This document shows, piece after piece, positions 1 through 11,601 of a stretch of DNA of 64,000 nt. Both the position numbers and the translations under genes were made by a program. Under the pieces are notes generated by a model that was given only the letters and a program-made list of their open reading frames with translations, was not told the DNA's origin and searched no databases. The stretch is from Klebsormidium nitens (Eukaryota > Plantae > Klebsormidiophyceae), in assembly GCA_000708835.1 (NCBI GenBank), contig DF237385.1, forward strand, positions 15,126-79,125. Direction: 5' to 3'. The first letter of the stretch is position 1, and every line of letters begins with the position of its first letter.

Positions 1-304
1 TGGTGTGGTCAGGAGGAGAACACAGACAAAAAGTACACGGGCTTTCATCGAGTGCTTCAATCAGCATTTCATTATGGCATATCTGGTTTTAAATGATCCT
101 TGAGGAAGCCATATGAAGAGCACTGCAACTTAATTGGTGGCTGATCGATTTTGTATAAGCAGTATCAGCTCAGTTCCTTGTCTAGGCTGGGCTGATGGTC
201 AACTGAACACCCCAAGGTTCAATGAATACATGCTAATTAATGACACATACTAAGCACTGATGTCCGAAAGGCAACAGATCAATGGGATAGTGCAGCTATT
301 TCAC

Positions 305-634
305 CTTGTCAAAGTTAACATTACACGAAACCCATCGTACGGCCCTGGCAAACTCCTTTATGTCTCCCAGAAGTGCGAGGGTGTCCATAGCATCTATTAG
401 CGTAAGCGAGTAGCCCCCCAAGGAATCTTCCCCACTGCAGCTTAGCGGCCGCAGCTCATCAAGCGGGAATGCGTGCTCCATGTAGTTGTTGTATGCACGG
501 TAGAACATGGACTTCACTTCGTCTCGGAGCTCGAGCGCCTCGTCCCGCGAAACTCCCTCAGTTTGACAATTGACAGTGAGGATGCCGCTAAGCAGACAGA
601 TCAAGAACAAGACTGCCCTGATTGCAGGCGCCAT
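305..634 (-). CDS. First coding exon of an EDEM-like / class I alpha-mannosidase (glycosyl hydrolase family 47); gene continues beyond the left edge
   Basis: ATG at 634 gives MAPAIRAVLFLICLLSGILTVNC (signal peptide), then VKSMFYRAYNNYMEHAFPLDELRPLSC..SLGGYSLTLIDAMDTLALLGD, the typical GH47/EDEM N-terminus. The exon ends FDK|gt at 305. Confidence 0.9.
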
Positions 635-2350
635 ATTCACACATGTGCTCTCGTGCAGCAAGATCAGAATCCTGATTGGAGGACAGAAAGTACTGCCCTG
701 ACCACTTGTGCACTGATTCAATGCAGTATCAGGGCAGCTGACCAATGCAATCCGCTTGCTCAATTTTCATTAGCACCACCACTTCTAGCATCAACGGGTA
801 TAAATCATCGAAGCGTTTGACAGAGTCTTCTGTTTCATCTTGCAGTAGTTGCAAAGCTTGTGCCAGGGCTTATGTACATTGGCAGCTACTTGAAACTTTT
901 CCGCTGGCGCTGGCCGCCATTTTCTCAGCCTTCTGCTGCCAGTGCCAGCGCGGCCGCCTCGCTCTTCGCCGTCTTGGCATACATGCGCACCACTGCAAGC
1001 TGGCCACCGCCTTTTCTTATCATACTAGTTGAAGTCAAGTTTGTCGGACACCTTGCATGTCTAGATTTGGTCAAAACGGCGAACTTTTTCCAACCGTCGA
1101 TGACCACCACTTACGACCATCCAACGGTTTTGAAGGAGGCATAGATTTCCGGAGCAAGGTCGTTGAGCGTATCGGACGGTTCAGAGGGACTCTGAACACC
1201 CATGTGAAAGCGTGACGGCTAAGAATGAGGGAGGGACCTCCTTGTTTTTCTGACAGTGACAGCCTGTCCCGGCGCCATGGTGTCCCTGAGTTCAGGAGGT
1301 GAATGAAGCACAGAGAAGGGGCCTGGGGAGCGCGCCAACGCCAAAGCGTAGTGGCTGGCGGGTCAGGAAGGGTCCGCTCAAGGGCTGTGAAAGCGGGCAT
1401 TTAATATTGAACAAGCTGTGTGTGTTTTCAAAGGTGGACCTTGCCGCGGCAGGAGGAAGCACCTGAAAGCGAGGGGAAGGGCGTAAAATACAGCTAGTCT
1501 TGAGCTGCATTGTTGCAGGAGGGAGCAGATCTTGGGTGGCAGAAGTCTTTTGTTGGAGTCACTAACTGAACACACACTGCTTCAGGTCAGAGAGGTGAGT
1601 AAGGGGAGCTCTTTGTAAGAATGCTGGGGAGGCAAGAGCAGCTTTCGGAAGCTGATGTTTGTGAACTTATCCTGGCTCTCTGCTTGTGCTTCTCAGAAGA
1701 GTAGTACTCAATTGTAGAAGTGTTCGAATTTAGAGTGAGGGTAAAATGGGAAAGGTACGCTCCCAAGCATTTGTTTCTAGCATAAGTCCATCCACTTCGC
1801 AAAGGTGGTCCCTCAGAGCAGCAGACGCACATAGCAGGAAGGCTAGTTGGAAAATGGTGTTCAACTTGGTCACTTTGCAGCTTTCACGCCTCTGCTCATT
1901 TTGCTGAGTAGCAAGCTTCACTGCAGGAACCTCCATGCAGGGATTCCCCTCTTGCATTGCTCAATACAACGTTGAATGCAGCTCAAGCAAGACTAGTGTT
2001 TGTTCAGAAGAGGTCATCGATGTTTGCAGTCTCTTGCATTCCGGCTCTGCTACCGTAGTTGGTTCATGCCCACAACATGGGGCTGTAACCAAGGCTGTGC
2101 CTCACATGCACAGGCGCCTCTTTGGCAAGGGCCACAAATTGCAGAGACAAGCCTAGTAAAAATCCCCCCAAGAGCTTTAAGAGGAGAAAAGCCTTTCACC
2201 TTAAGAAGAGATCTGTAGTTTCATTTGTCGCGGAGACTCTCTATCAATCAGAATGCTCGTAATGTTGCAAACCTTCCAATGTGTGCTACATCATGGTTAT
2301 TGAACTACCTTGTTTTACCCTCCTTGCAGGTGTGTTTGGACCAGAGTTAC

Positions 2351-5300
2351 ATGGCTCCCAGCCGAGCCGGCAGAGCTCGGCAGCATTTCCTCCTCCTCCT
2401 AGTTGCTGCTTTGGCACTGTCCTCACTCGCAGAGAGCAAGGACTACTACAGCGACCCTGCCGGAAAGCTGCACGGCAAGTTACCAACCACTGTTGTACAA
2501 GAGGCTGTCGGAGCTAGGGTCAAGCACAGTAACCCTAAAAGACAGAATGGGGTTGAGAGAGAGACGCAGCCACTGGAGATGTATAACATGCTCTCAGAGG
2601 GAGGCGACGAAGTTCACGAGTTGACGGCTGGCAAACTTGGCGGGAAGTCTGAGAGGAGCGTAGAAAGGGACGTGTGGAGCGATCCTGAGGGGTCGTTGAA
2701 GGGCCGCTTCTCCGATGAGGTTATCCAAGAGGCGGTGCGCGGAGAGCGGAGTCAGGGGGGAAGCTCTCATAAGAAGGGGAGCCACTATGGGGACGGCCAG
2801 CGGCCGAAAAGTGGTAGAAATGAAGGGGAGAGTGCAAAGCCGCTCCAAGTGGTTGACCTGCTGTCAGGTGAAGTGTCTGACTTGCCGGCAGGCAAAGCGC
2901 AGAAGATTGTGAAAGGAGAGGCGTCCGAAAAGGGGAGTGCAGCAATCCCGATTGTGGGAACTAGAGAGAGGGCCCGGGCGGCTACGCAGGGAACGGATGT
3001 CGGTAAGCTGCACAGCAATCATACCCGGGAGGGGCGAGGCGGCAAGAACAGCACGAGGACGCGGGAGCAGTCCCTGAAATGGGGGCGCAAGGGCCGGCCA
3101 ACAATTGCCAGCCTGCTCAAAAAAGACCTCTCGGACGAGTTTGAGAGGGTTGCTGCCAAGCTCATTTCTGCGTCCCGGAAGAAAGCGCACAAGCTCCCCT
3201 TTGCGGCGCAAACCCAGGCCCACTCTCACGGACTGTCGGAGGCGACACAGCACGGGCGGTCCCTCGCCGAGAGGAGGGAGCTGGCTGAGGCCGACAACCA
3301 GAAACTTAACCTCATTGGTATAGTTACACAAACCGCGGCGGTTAGGGCCGTGATTAACGCCACTGAGGGGGTCCCGGTGTCCATCCCCGCAGCAGGAAAT
3401 GGGGTTGGCCTGGTTGCGGTGAAGGTTAGCACAACCTCGCTGCAAACCACGGGGCTCAGTCTCCAAGGTGTCACCATTCCCCCGGGGGTGCAAGTTCCAG
3501 GAAACACATCGACAGTAATCCTGGTTTTCAGCGAGTTTACGGAAAACCCGTACGGTTTCACTAACCAGACGGTGGTCGCGCCAGTGGTCGGGGTGACGGC
3601 GTACGATGCAGCGGACCCGAACGCTGGGGCGGCAAACAGCACGTTGACTCTGCAAGCGACCCCGGTTGCGCCTTTCCAGGTAGGTACAATAAACATGTCT
3701 TTGTTTTTGCTTTGATGATAGTCATGTCAAGTCTTCCTGCGGGTTCCAAAGGTGTTGCCCGTGCGTTCATCGATCAGCAATAACATGGGCCTCAGATGTG
3801 CAGCTGGTGATCTTGCAAGAGAGTAACTCAAAAAGAGAGTCATGTGATAGTAGCTTATACAGTACGTTTCTTTGATGAGACTTTGAAGACCAGCTGATTG
3901 AGCGGCAGCAGCACCCCACCGTAGAGTGCACCATTTGCGCTCTGAAGGTCCTCGTCTTTCGCTAACGGCCACATCCTGTCATTTTGCCGCTGTTGGAATA
4001 CTGCTTCCCAATTCCTTCTTTCATACAGTCTTCAAGTATTTTACATTCAACCTCTAGTTACTGTTCAAAGGAACCAGCCTTTCCCGCTCCAGCTACATAC
4101 AGTCTCACACCTTTTTTCCTCCACCTCTAGTTCGTGTTTAACACGACCCAAGGAGCCGGCCTTTCCTGCTCGAGCTACAACGCGACTGCCGGCCAGCTTT
4201 TGAACACAACCACAACGACGAGGGTCGCTACTGGGGGAAGGGCCGTTACCTGCACGGCAACTAGTCTGGGGACATACACGGTCGTCAGCACACTGGCGGT
4301 TGCGCCCGTTCCAGCCCCCGCCCCCGCACCGGGCCCTGCGCCGGTGCCTGCTCCTGGTGAGTTGCTGGGTATCTTGTCTCTTTTCCGAACATTAGGGTGC
4401 GCATCGACGGAAAAGCTGCAAAAAGCTTTTCAGATTTGTTGGCCAATCGGATGGCTTTTCAGATCCACGTGGTAGTCCAAGGTACATACCCAAGGAGTAG
4501 TATGGCTTGGAAAGTATCGTACCTCCTTCCTGTCGGTACTACATAGGCAACACTGGAGGCCAAGTAGGATTCGGTCGACGGGCAACCTTAGCATCATACA
4601 GTGAGGACGCTGCGTCACATCTTCGTTGAGTATGCTCTGCCTTCAGAAGGTTTGGGACCTACCTGGGCGGAGTTGACTTGATTCGGGTGCAAGAGGATGA
4701 ACATTGATGTACGTCTGAGGATTGAAGAGCTGCAAAAAAGAGCCGCAAATCCGAGGTGGACAGTTTCTTGCCTTCTTGGCGAACCGTGTGCAAACGTAAC
4801 GAGCGCACTTCCTCTTCTTTTCCAACAGAATCTGCTAAAAGTAATACAGCCTTTCTTTGTCACCGTTGTTTGACAAGCTTCGCACGAAGCTCCACCTGTT
4901 TCCTTTTCCTTAGTTTGACTTACTACGACCGGAAGTGGGACCTTTCTCTCCTTCTTAGTTACCGCTGCAACAAGGTTCACGATGACAACGCTTCCATCTC
5001 GCTGGTTTTGCAAGCTGCTCCATACCAGGGGAATTCCCCTTTTCCTGCCTTGAATCGAAATTTTCAATTGCTTCACAACGTCCTTCGCTGTGTGCTTTGT
5101 TTGACAACAGTCGGCAGCCTTCCCTGCCTTTCTAAAATTGGCCTGCCAAGTCGTAACTAGAACGACGGCTCTTTCTTCCGCAGGGCCTGCCCCCGCGCCC
5201 GCCGTTGTGGCCGCACCCCCTGCGAATGTGACAACCCCACCTGCGACTGTCAACACCAACAACGGCTCCAACACAAACGGCACCATCGCAAGCCCCCGAG

Positions 5301-6335
5301 ACAGTGGCGGGAGCACAATCAGCGGAGGGGCGATTGCAGGTGCGAAGCCCTTATTAGCTGAAGAAATCAAAGTTGGATCTCAAAGGCGTTTGATTTGCTC
5401 TTCCCGTTTCTGGATGCTGTATGCGGGGAAGGAACTTGTGATGACTGAAGAAACGCAGTGTCACACTGGCTCTCTTTCGAATCAACCCGCCGAAGTGTAA
5501 GATCGTATTAGTCTGCCTTGAGCCAGATCTGGCTGAAAAAGAGAACGGTGTTGTTGGGTGGAGTCAAATGTTCACCTGTGTGCCTCAGTATCTACGAATG
5601 GTAAGGTGATGTGCCCGACTTTCAAGCCGATCAGATCAGTGTGCGCTGTGACGTCCAATAAGAGCTGAAAAGTCAGTGCTCATGGTTGATCTGCTGCCAT
5701 GATTCTGACAATCTGACTAATTGAAGAGCAAGGTCTTTGGAGGAACAGGGAAGACGAAGCCTATGGGGTCGTGCTGTTTCGAATTACCGCCTTGTCTCGC
5801 TTTGCTCCGTGCTGGTCGCAAATACAACGACACGTTCATCCGACTTTCAGTGGGGCTGGGCAAGAGTCGCGTCAGATGTTGAGTTGTTTTCATCTTCTTG
5901 GTGCAAACCCCATCTTTGGTTTGCGAAGTTGCGTCCGACGGAGATGCTCATTCTGAACCACAGTTCGTGCTTTGAGCGCTCAGGCTATCACAGGTTGGTC
6001 AGTCGACATCGCAAAATAGCCGTCCGTGAGGATCACACGTCCAACTTGAACCAGAAGTTCCAAACTCAACAATAGTCTGCTGATGTTTGACATGCAATCG
6101 TACTTTCGTTACAGGCATCGTGATCGGAAGTGTTGCCGGCCTTGCTATCCTCGCCCTCCTAGCCCTCCTCCTGGCAAGAAGGTCCGAGCAGTCGAAGATT
6201 GCCCGCATGACGCAACGATCTAGGAACTCAGAGCCTTTGACGACCGCCTTGATTGGCGGCCAGCAAGGATTCAGAGCTCCTGTAGCGTCGCATGTCAGAA
6301 CGAGGCCAGGACTTGAATCCGAAATTTATCCATAG
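2351..6335 (+). CDS. Type I membrane protein: signal peptide, basic pro-region, GAIN/GPS-like domain, Pro/Ala-rich AGP-like stalk, one TM helix, short tail
   Basis: Exons 2351-3679, 4131-4356, 5184-5339 and 6115-6335 all have GT/AG ends and compatible phases (0,1,1). Signal MAPSRAGRARQHFLLLLVAALALSSLA; FTENPYG..VVGVTAYD..LSCSSYNA..VTCTATSLGTYTVV; (PA)n stalk; TM GIVIGSVAGLAILALLALLLARR. The gene structure is firmer than the domain call. Confidence 0.85.
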
Positions 6336-7773
6336 AAATGTCGTGTGTTCGCGTCGAGTAGGTTGAGTGATAGTTGCCTAGCTTGCTTGCTTATTTAGAA
6401 AGTCCTTGAGACTGAGCTAGGTATAGTGTAGTAAGCCAATGCTAATTTATTGTCCAATTGACGCCCTTGCTACATTTGGACCTGTTCGTTCGTTTGCAAC
6501 AAACTTGACTGAAAGCGGTGAAGCATGGCACTCCAGACTGTCCAGCATTTTGAGAGAATTCAGTATGCTTAGCTAGCTAGTGGCATGATCGGCTGAGAAT
6601 CTTGAAAGTTGCACCCAGTCATCCCGGCCTCAGTGTGCTGCAAACGGGCCACATGGCCGGTGCGGTACGTTCAATCAAGCCCACGAGAGCAATTAATGAT
6701 TCGATCCAAGTTTCATTCAATGTATTATGCTGTTAGTCCGGCCCGCTCCTCAAGTTCGGCGCGGTAGCTATGAATAAATCGGTCGTCTAAAAACTTGCAT
6801 TGGTTATATTACACGATCGCTCACCTTCTACATGACATGTGCCCCAAAAGCTCGATCCTCACGTGACTTGCATCAATTTGATCGCCGTATAGCATGATGC
6901 AAGCGCTACAATGTGCAGTACAGTGATGACGGTCGACGATCAAATTATGCGCGTATACACATGCCTGGCTTGTGTCTAAATATATTGCAAGTGCATGCTA
7001 GCATACCGCCATCGTGCCATGCTCACATGGCATATCCCGGGCATCCCCAATCGCATGCACACTAGCTGACTGAGCTGCAGCTCGAACATGTCATTGGTGC
7101 ACATCTATCATGCATGACCGGGTCAATGGTAGCATGCTGCAGCGTACGTGCACATGAGCCCGAGCTTGCCACGATGGAGGCGCGCGGCCGCTCTAAAATT
7201 TTTGGCCAGCTAAAACTCGAACCGTTGGCTGGTATGCGAATGGGCCACATAATGCTCGGTGTCTCATGTGGATACACTGCTGTACCACGTGCATGTCGCC
7301 CCAGATACCAGTGTGTCGTCTGACATGTTCGTCGGATGCGACTGAAGCAGCGAAGTTATACAAATCTGTAAAGCCGTGGCATGCATGTGCAGATCATGAT
7401 GGCCAGGGCATGCAATGCAAACCGCGCACGTCTTCCCGTGCAATCTTACTCATCCGATTCGACTTAACATTTTACGTGGCCGCCCACTTTGAAGCCTTCA
7501 CCTTTGTCTCCGATACTGCCAAAAGCAGAGTATTTATCCTAGAGCCTGTACATATACGATGCTGCTTGACCTGTACAAATTGCTACTCCAATCCGACGAC
7601 CTCAGATCAGACCTACAAAGTGCTACTATGGATTCGTAGCCTCAAACTTCCATGTAAGTTTCCCAACTTGCGCTACCTGTATTCAACCCCGGAACATCCC
7701 TTCACGTTCACGGTAGCCCTTCTAACGTCCCAACCAACGATTGAGAAGTCGTCGCGCGATGCACTATGTTCGT

Positions 7774-10700
7774 TCAGTTGAGCATCGAAGGGGGCGGTGT
7801 CTGGAGCATCCTCTTCACCATGTCCATCCCAAACATCGACTCCGAAGAACTGCACGAAACAAGGGTAGATTCGAGAAAAGAGGTCAGGAAAGGGGACTCC
7901 TCAAATAAGATTTCAGAAACTTACAGAAGAGAAGGCTTCATTTGCTCTTTTCTCTAAAAGAGAGCGTCCTGTTACGGCCGCTTGATGATTTCTGCACCGG
8001 TGACTGCAACAATGGAGTGATGCGAGATGCCTGCAGATCGGTGCTCCCACCCCCGTTTCTAATGATCACCGAAAAAGTACAGCTACTTATTAAGGGCCAG
8101 CTTTGTCAGCGCATCCGCTCCATCCAGGAAAAGATACCAGTATTGACAGGGAGAAAGGCAAATGTCGGCTGAGAGGAAGAAACACAAGCCAATAGGCCTT
8201 TTCTGGCCCCAAATGGACTGAACGAAACCAGACAGTCAAACAGTCAGGAGGCTTTCGTCTGACGGTGGGCTGGTCCGACAGCCGGATGCTGCAATCAGCG
8301 ACGCAAGCAAAAGGTGGTTGCGGACGTCAAAGCCGTCTTGCCCGATAGGCCCTTGTATTTTACAAGGGCTTTGTTGGAGTCGCTGACATAATGAGCGACC
8401 AATAATGAGCGACATTATGAGCGAGACATGTCGCTCATCATTTCAGAGATAATGTCGCTCATTATTGGTCGCTCATCATTTCAGCGACTCCAACAAAGCT
8501 TTAGAGCCCTCAGAACTAGCGACCATAACATTTGCTCGCCCGGAGTGGTGGTCTCTACGAAACCCAGAAGCATTGGAACATCCTCACAGGATTCCATGAT
8601 AATGTTGAGCCGCTCACTTGGGAATGGTGATTTCATACGGGAACGACGCGACGTCCGAGTGGATCACGGGCGGTATGTGCTCCTTCTTCTCGTTCACGAT
8701 TTGCAGCACTTGCAGCAGGACCTCCCGGAGGGATCCCTCGAGCGCGGCCTGCCGTCGGTTACGGTCCTCGAGCACCGCTTCTGCAGGACGATTGCGGTTT
8801 GGTTGAGTTGAGAGATGGTTAGGTTGAGGTTCGGTTAGGATGGGGTATGCTTAAGTTGAGGTTTGCTTGTACGTAACGGTGTGGTTAGGTTAAGGTTTGC
8901 TTAGGGTGAGGCTTGATCAAGTTGCGGTCCTCAAGTACCGCTTCTGCAGTGACGCCTGGAATCTGGTTGGGTCGAGTCAAGTTTCGGTTAGACAGACCCC
9001 TCAAACTTCAGCGTTTGAAACGGCTAGTTGGGGACGTCCCCTGACAACGGCTCTGTAGGCAACCGGTCATCTTCAGAAATAACGCGGAGCGCTTTGGCGG
9101 ATACCAGACAGAGAAGTCGTCCCGCACCTGACGACTTCAGAAGAGACCTCCTCAAGCAGAGTCAATCCTACTGCGTGCTGGAAGCAATATTGGCGGCGCA
9201 TCATTCGTGGTAGAGCAGCCAATCAAAATCTTCACTCCATTAGAGAGTCCCCAAGAGTTGAGCGAAAGACATTCTTCGACACGTTCTGGTCAACCTCCCC
9301 AACAGAAAAGCTTCTTCTCGGGCACTGCCTTTGCAGACAGCTGAAAGTGTTGATGGGCACCGGAACGAACACGACAGTTGGTAACGAAGAACAGAGACTT
9401 TTGATTCAGGGCTCCCAGATAACTTCGTGACAAACAGACTTCCAACTTCCGAGGAATCTCACATTTTCCCTTGCAGACCTTGATTCAAAAGTCACCGCTG
9501 CTGCAAAGCACATTTCAATTCTCCGATACATATTCTGTAACGTACCAAGTCTTCCTTCCTTTCCGTTTCGCAGACAAGAGACAAGATGCACAAGTTTCTG
9601 GCCTCTACACAAATCCCCTGCACTTAGATGCACTCGTGAAAACAGGAATCAGAATATTGGTCACCTGCTGAGTCCGTGAACGCCGAAAACTCCTGCTTCT
9701 GCGGCGCCGGTGCGTCCTCTTGCCCCGGCTTTGCCACGTTCAGGTTCACGTTCCACTGCTCCCAATACTGGCGCTCCACCTGCCGGCTGAACCAGATCTG
9801 CTTCGACTTCTTCTCGTTGTAGAATGACAGGCAGATCTGGCCCTTTCTGGTGGGATGCTTCTCTACCCAACCGCAAAACTGGTCTATCCGCTCCTCGATG
9901 CGCTTCTCGATGCTCGCGTCACCGCACTGGACGTACGTGATGTCGAAGAGCTCGGAGTCGACGTCGCGGGGGCGCACGAGGCCGAGCGCTCGGTTGAACA
10001 TGATGGTGTGGAGGATGCCTGCAAGGAGCGCAGGAAGGATAGTGAACCGCGGGGCATTGATTTGAGACATTTGAAAACAACACACAAAGGTGTTGCAATA
10101 GGGTGTAGGTTGTCCTGCCGGGAAGAACCTGGAGCATCACATGGATATGATTAAGCATAATCAGCCGAGACTGGGTGGAGCAGACAAGCCAAGCATTATT
10201 GTCTCTGAAATAACGAGAGACCACTCCCAATTACAGGTTCAACAACTGTCGCTTTAACAGCCTACTGAGTCTCCTCAATTGCAGCTGGCTAAACGTCGTA
10301 AGCACCCGAGCATCATTCAGCTGCTCTTTTAAGTCACAGGCATTTTGGCAAGTCCAAGATTAGATTGGGCAACCGGCCCTTACGTGTTGTGAGCAGCCCA
10401 GTCCTCACAATCTCACGGGTTTCAAGCATCGAAGGAGTTGCCCTCAAAGTGAATATGAGAACAACAGATCATCCCATGGTTTGAGTACATACTGCCTTCA
10501 GAGAAGCATGCTCCAGAAAAGAGGGGATGAGCAACTTACATCTTAACACTTCCCTAACTTGATAGTGCTCGACATCCTGCAAGCATCATAATGGGAAAGT
10601 CATGAGCAAAGAAGCGGATTTAATCAAGGTGGTGTCCAGCAAGCCAGTCTGGCCATTCTATGTTGAAAAGGTGGTCAAAGTTGGTGGATTTTGGAGTCAT

Positions 10701-11209
10701 CTATACGCATTGTGAGGCATTTGGCCCAAAACATTTTGCTTCTACCTGGCCAAAAAACGGTGCAAAATAAAATCCGCCAACAACTTATGTCATGACCTGA
10801 TCTTTACTAAGCAGGCTTATGGAAAAGTTCCCCTGTATAGGTCCTCTTTTCAACCAGTGGACATAGAGGGCAGTTCCCAGGACCTCTGCGAATGGTTATG
10901 ATAACAAACCCTAATCTTGTGCCATCAGAAAGCCTGTGTGATGACGTGCTTAGCAGGGAGAGCAGCCTTCAACCGCACAACATAAAGCAGGCAAGAAGCA
11001 AACAGAGCCGTTGGCAACTTCAGAACGAAAGGACTACCAGTTGCAAACCTTTACAAAGAAAGAAGAGACAAAAGATTGCTTCACTGTGGTTACAGTTACC
11101 TGACCATCTTTCTTGACAAAGGACATTACCTAACAAAGAGAGCAGGGAAAAGGACGTGAATAACAGTTTTACTTACGAGATCCTTGAGGTCAAACACTTC
11201 ACAGTTCAT
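7774..11209 (-). CDS. ATG101: Autophagy-related protein 101
   Basis: Exons 11177-11209 (MNCEVFDLKDL), 10540-10576 (DVEHYQVREVLR), 9665-10018 (CILHTIMFNRALGLVRPRDVDSELFDITYVQCGD..YWEQW), 8618-8780 (LREVLLQVLQIVNEKKEHIPPV..FPYEITIP) and 7774-7849 (MFGMDMVKRMLQTPPPSMLN*). Phases are consistent and the motifs match plant ATG101. Confidence 0.95.
8349..8510. repeat. Long inverted repeat (hairpin / MITE-like) in ATG101 intron 4
   Basis: 8391-8418 is the perfect reverse complement of 8449-8476, and 8368-8386 of 8481-8499. An adjacent palindrome gcccttgta-ttt-tacaagggc lies at 8349-8369. Confidence 0.85.
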
Positions 11210-11601
11210 TGCTCACAACCTTCGTAAGTTATGAGGTATAGCATCAGGCCGAGTCATGCTGGTCAGCTGTAACTTGTCATTGCTCCAGCACAATTGCTGC
11301 ACAATCGTAAGGGTCGCCAGGATAACGCGACCTCCAAGGTTTAATAGTGGCGCACATTGAGCAAAGATGGCGTCTTCTTCAACTTCAAGTTCAAGTTCTA
11401 GCAGGCCATTAGGACTATGTCATGAACTTCGCTGGGCGAGCATGGTCGAGCATGCACTTGGGTTCAGGGATCCCCCCAAGGGCTTTCGACGACAAAGTCA
11501 AATTATTGGGGAGCATCTGCTGCAGAAAAAATCGAATCGAATTGTGTGCGTGAGTTGACGTCATGATCGCCAGAGAGAGCTTGGCCCAAGTATAGGTTTA
11601 A

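Noticed and set aside
860-1400. Short ORFs between the EDEM-like gene and the membrane-protein gene
   Set aside because: No recognisable protein and no consistent splice path; probably UTR or promoter of the divergent pair.
2864-3696. Minus-strand ORFs of 263 and 156 aa
   Set aside because: Antisense shadows of the plus-strand membrane-protein exon.
4615-5370. 251 aa minus-strand ORF
   Set aside because: Antisense to exon 3 and the pyrimidine-rich intron of the membrane-protein gene; no domain.
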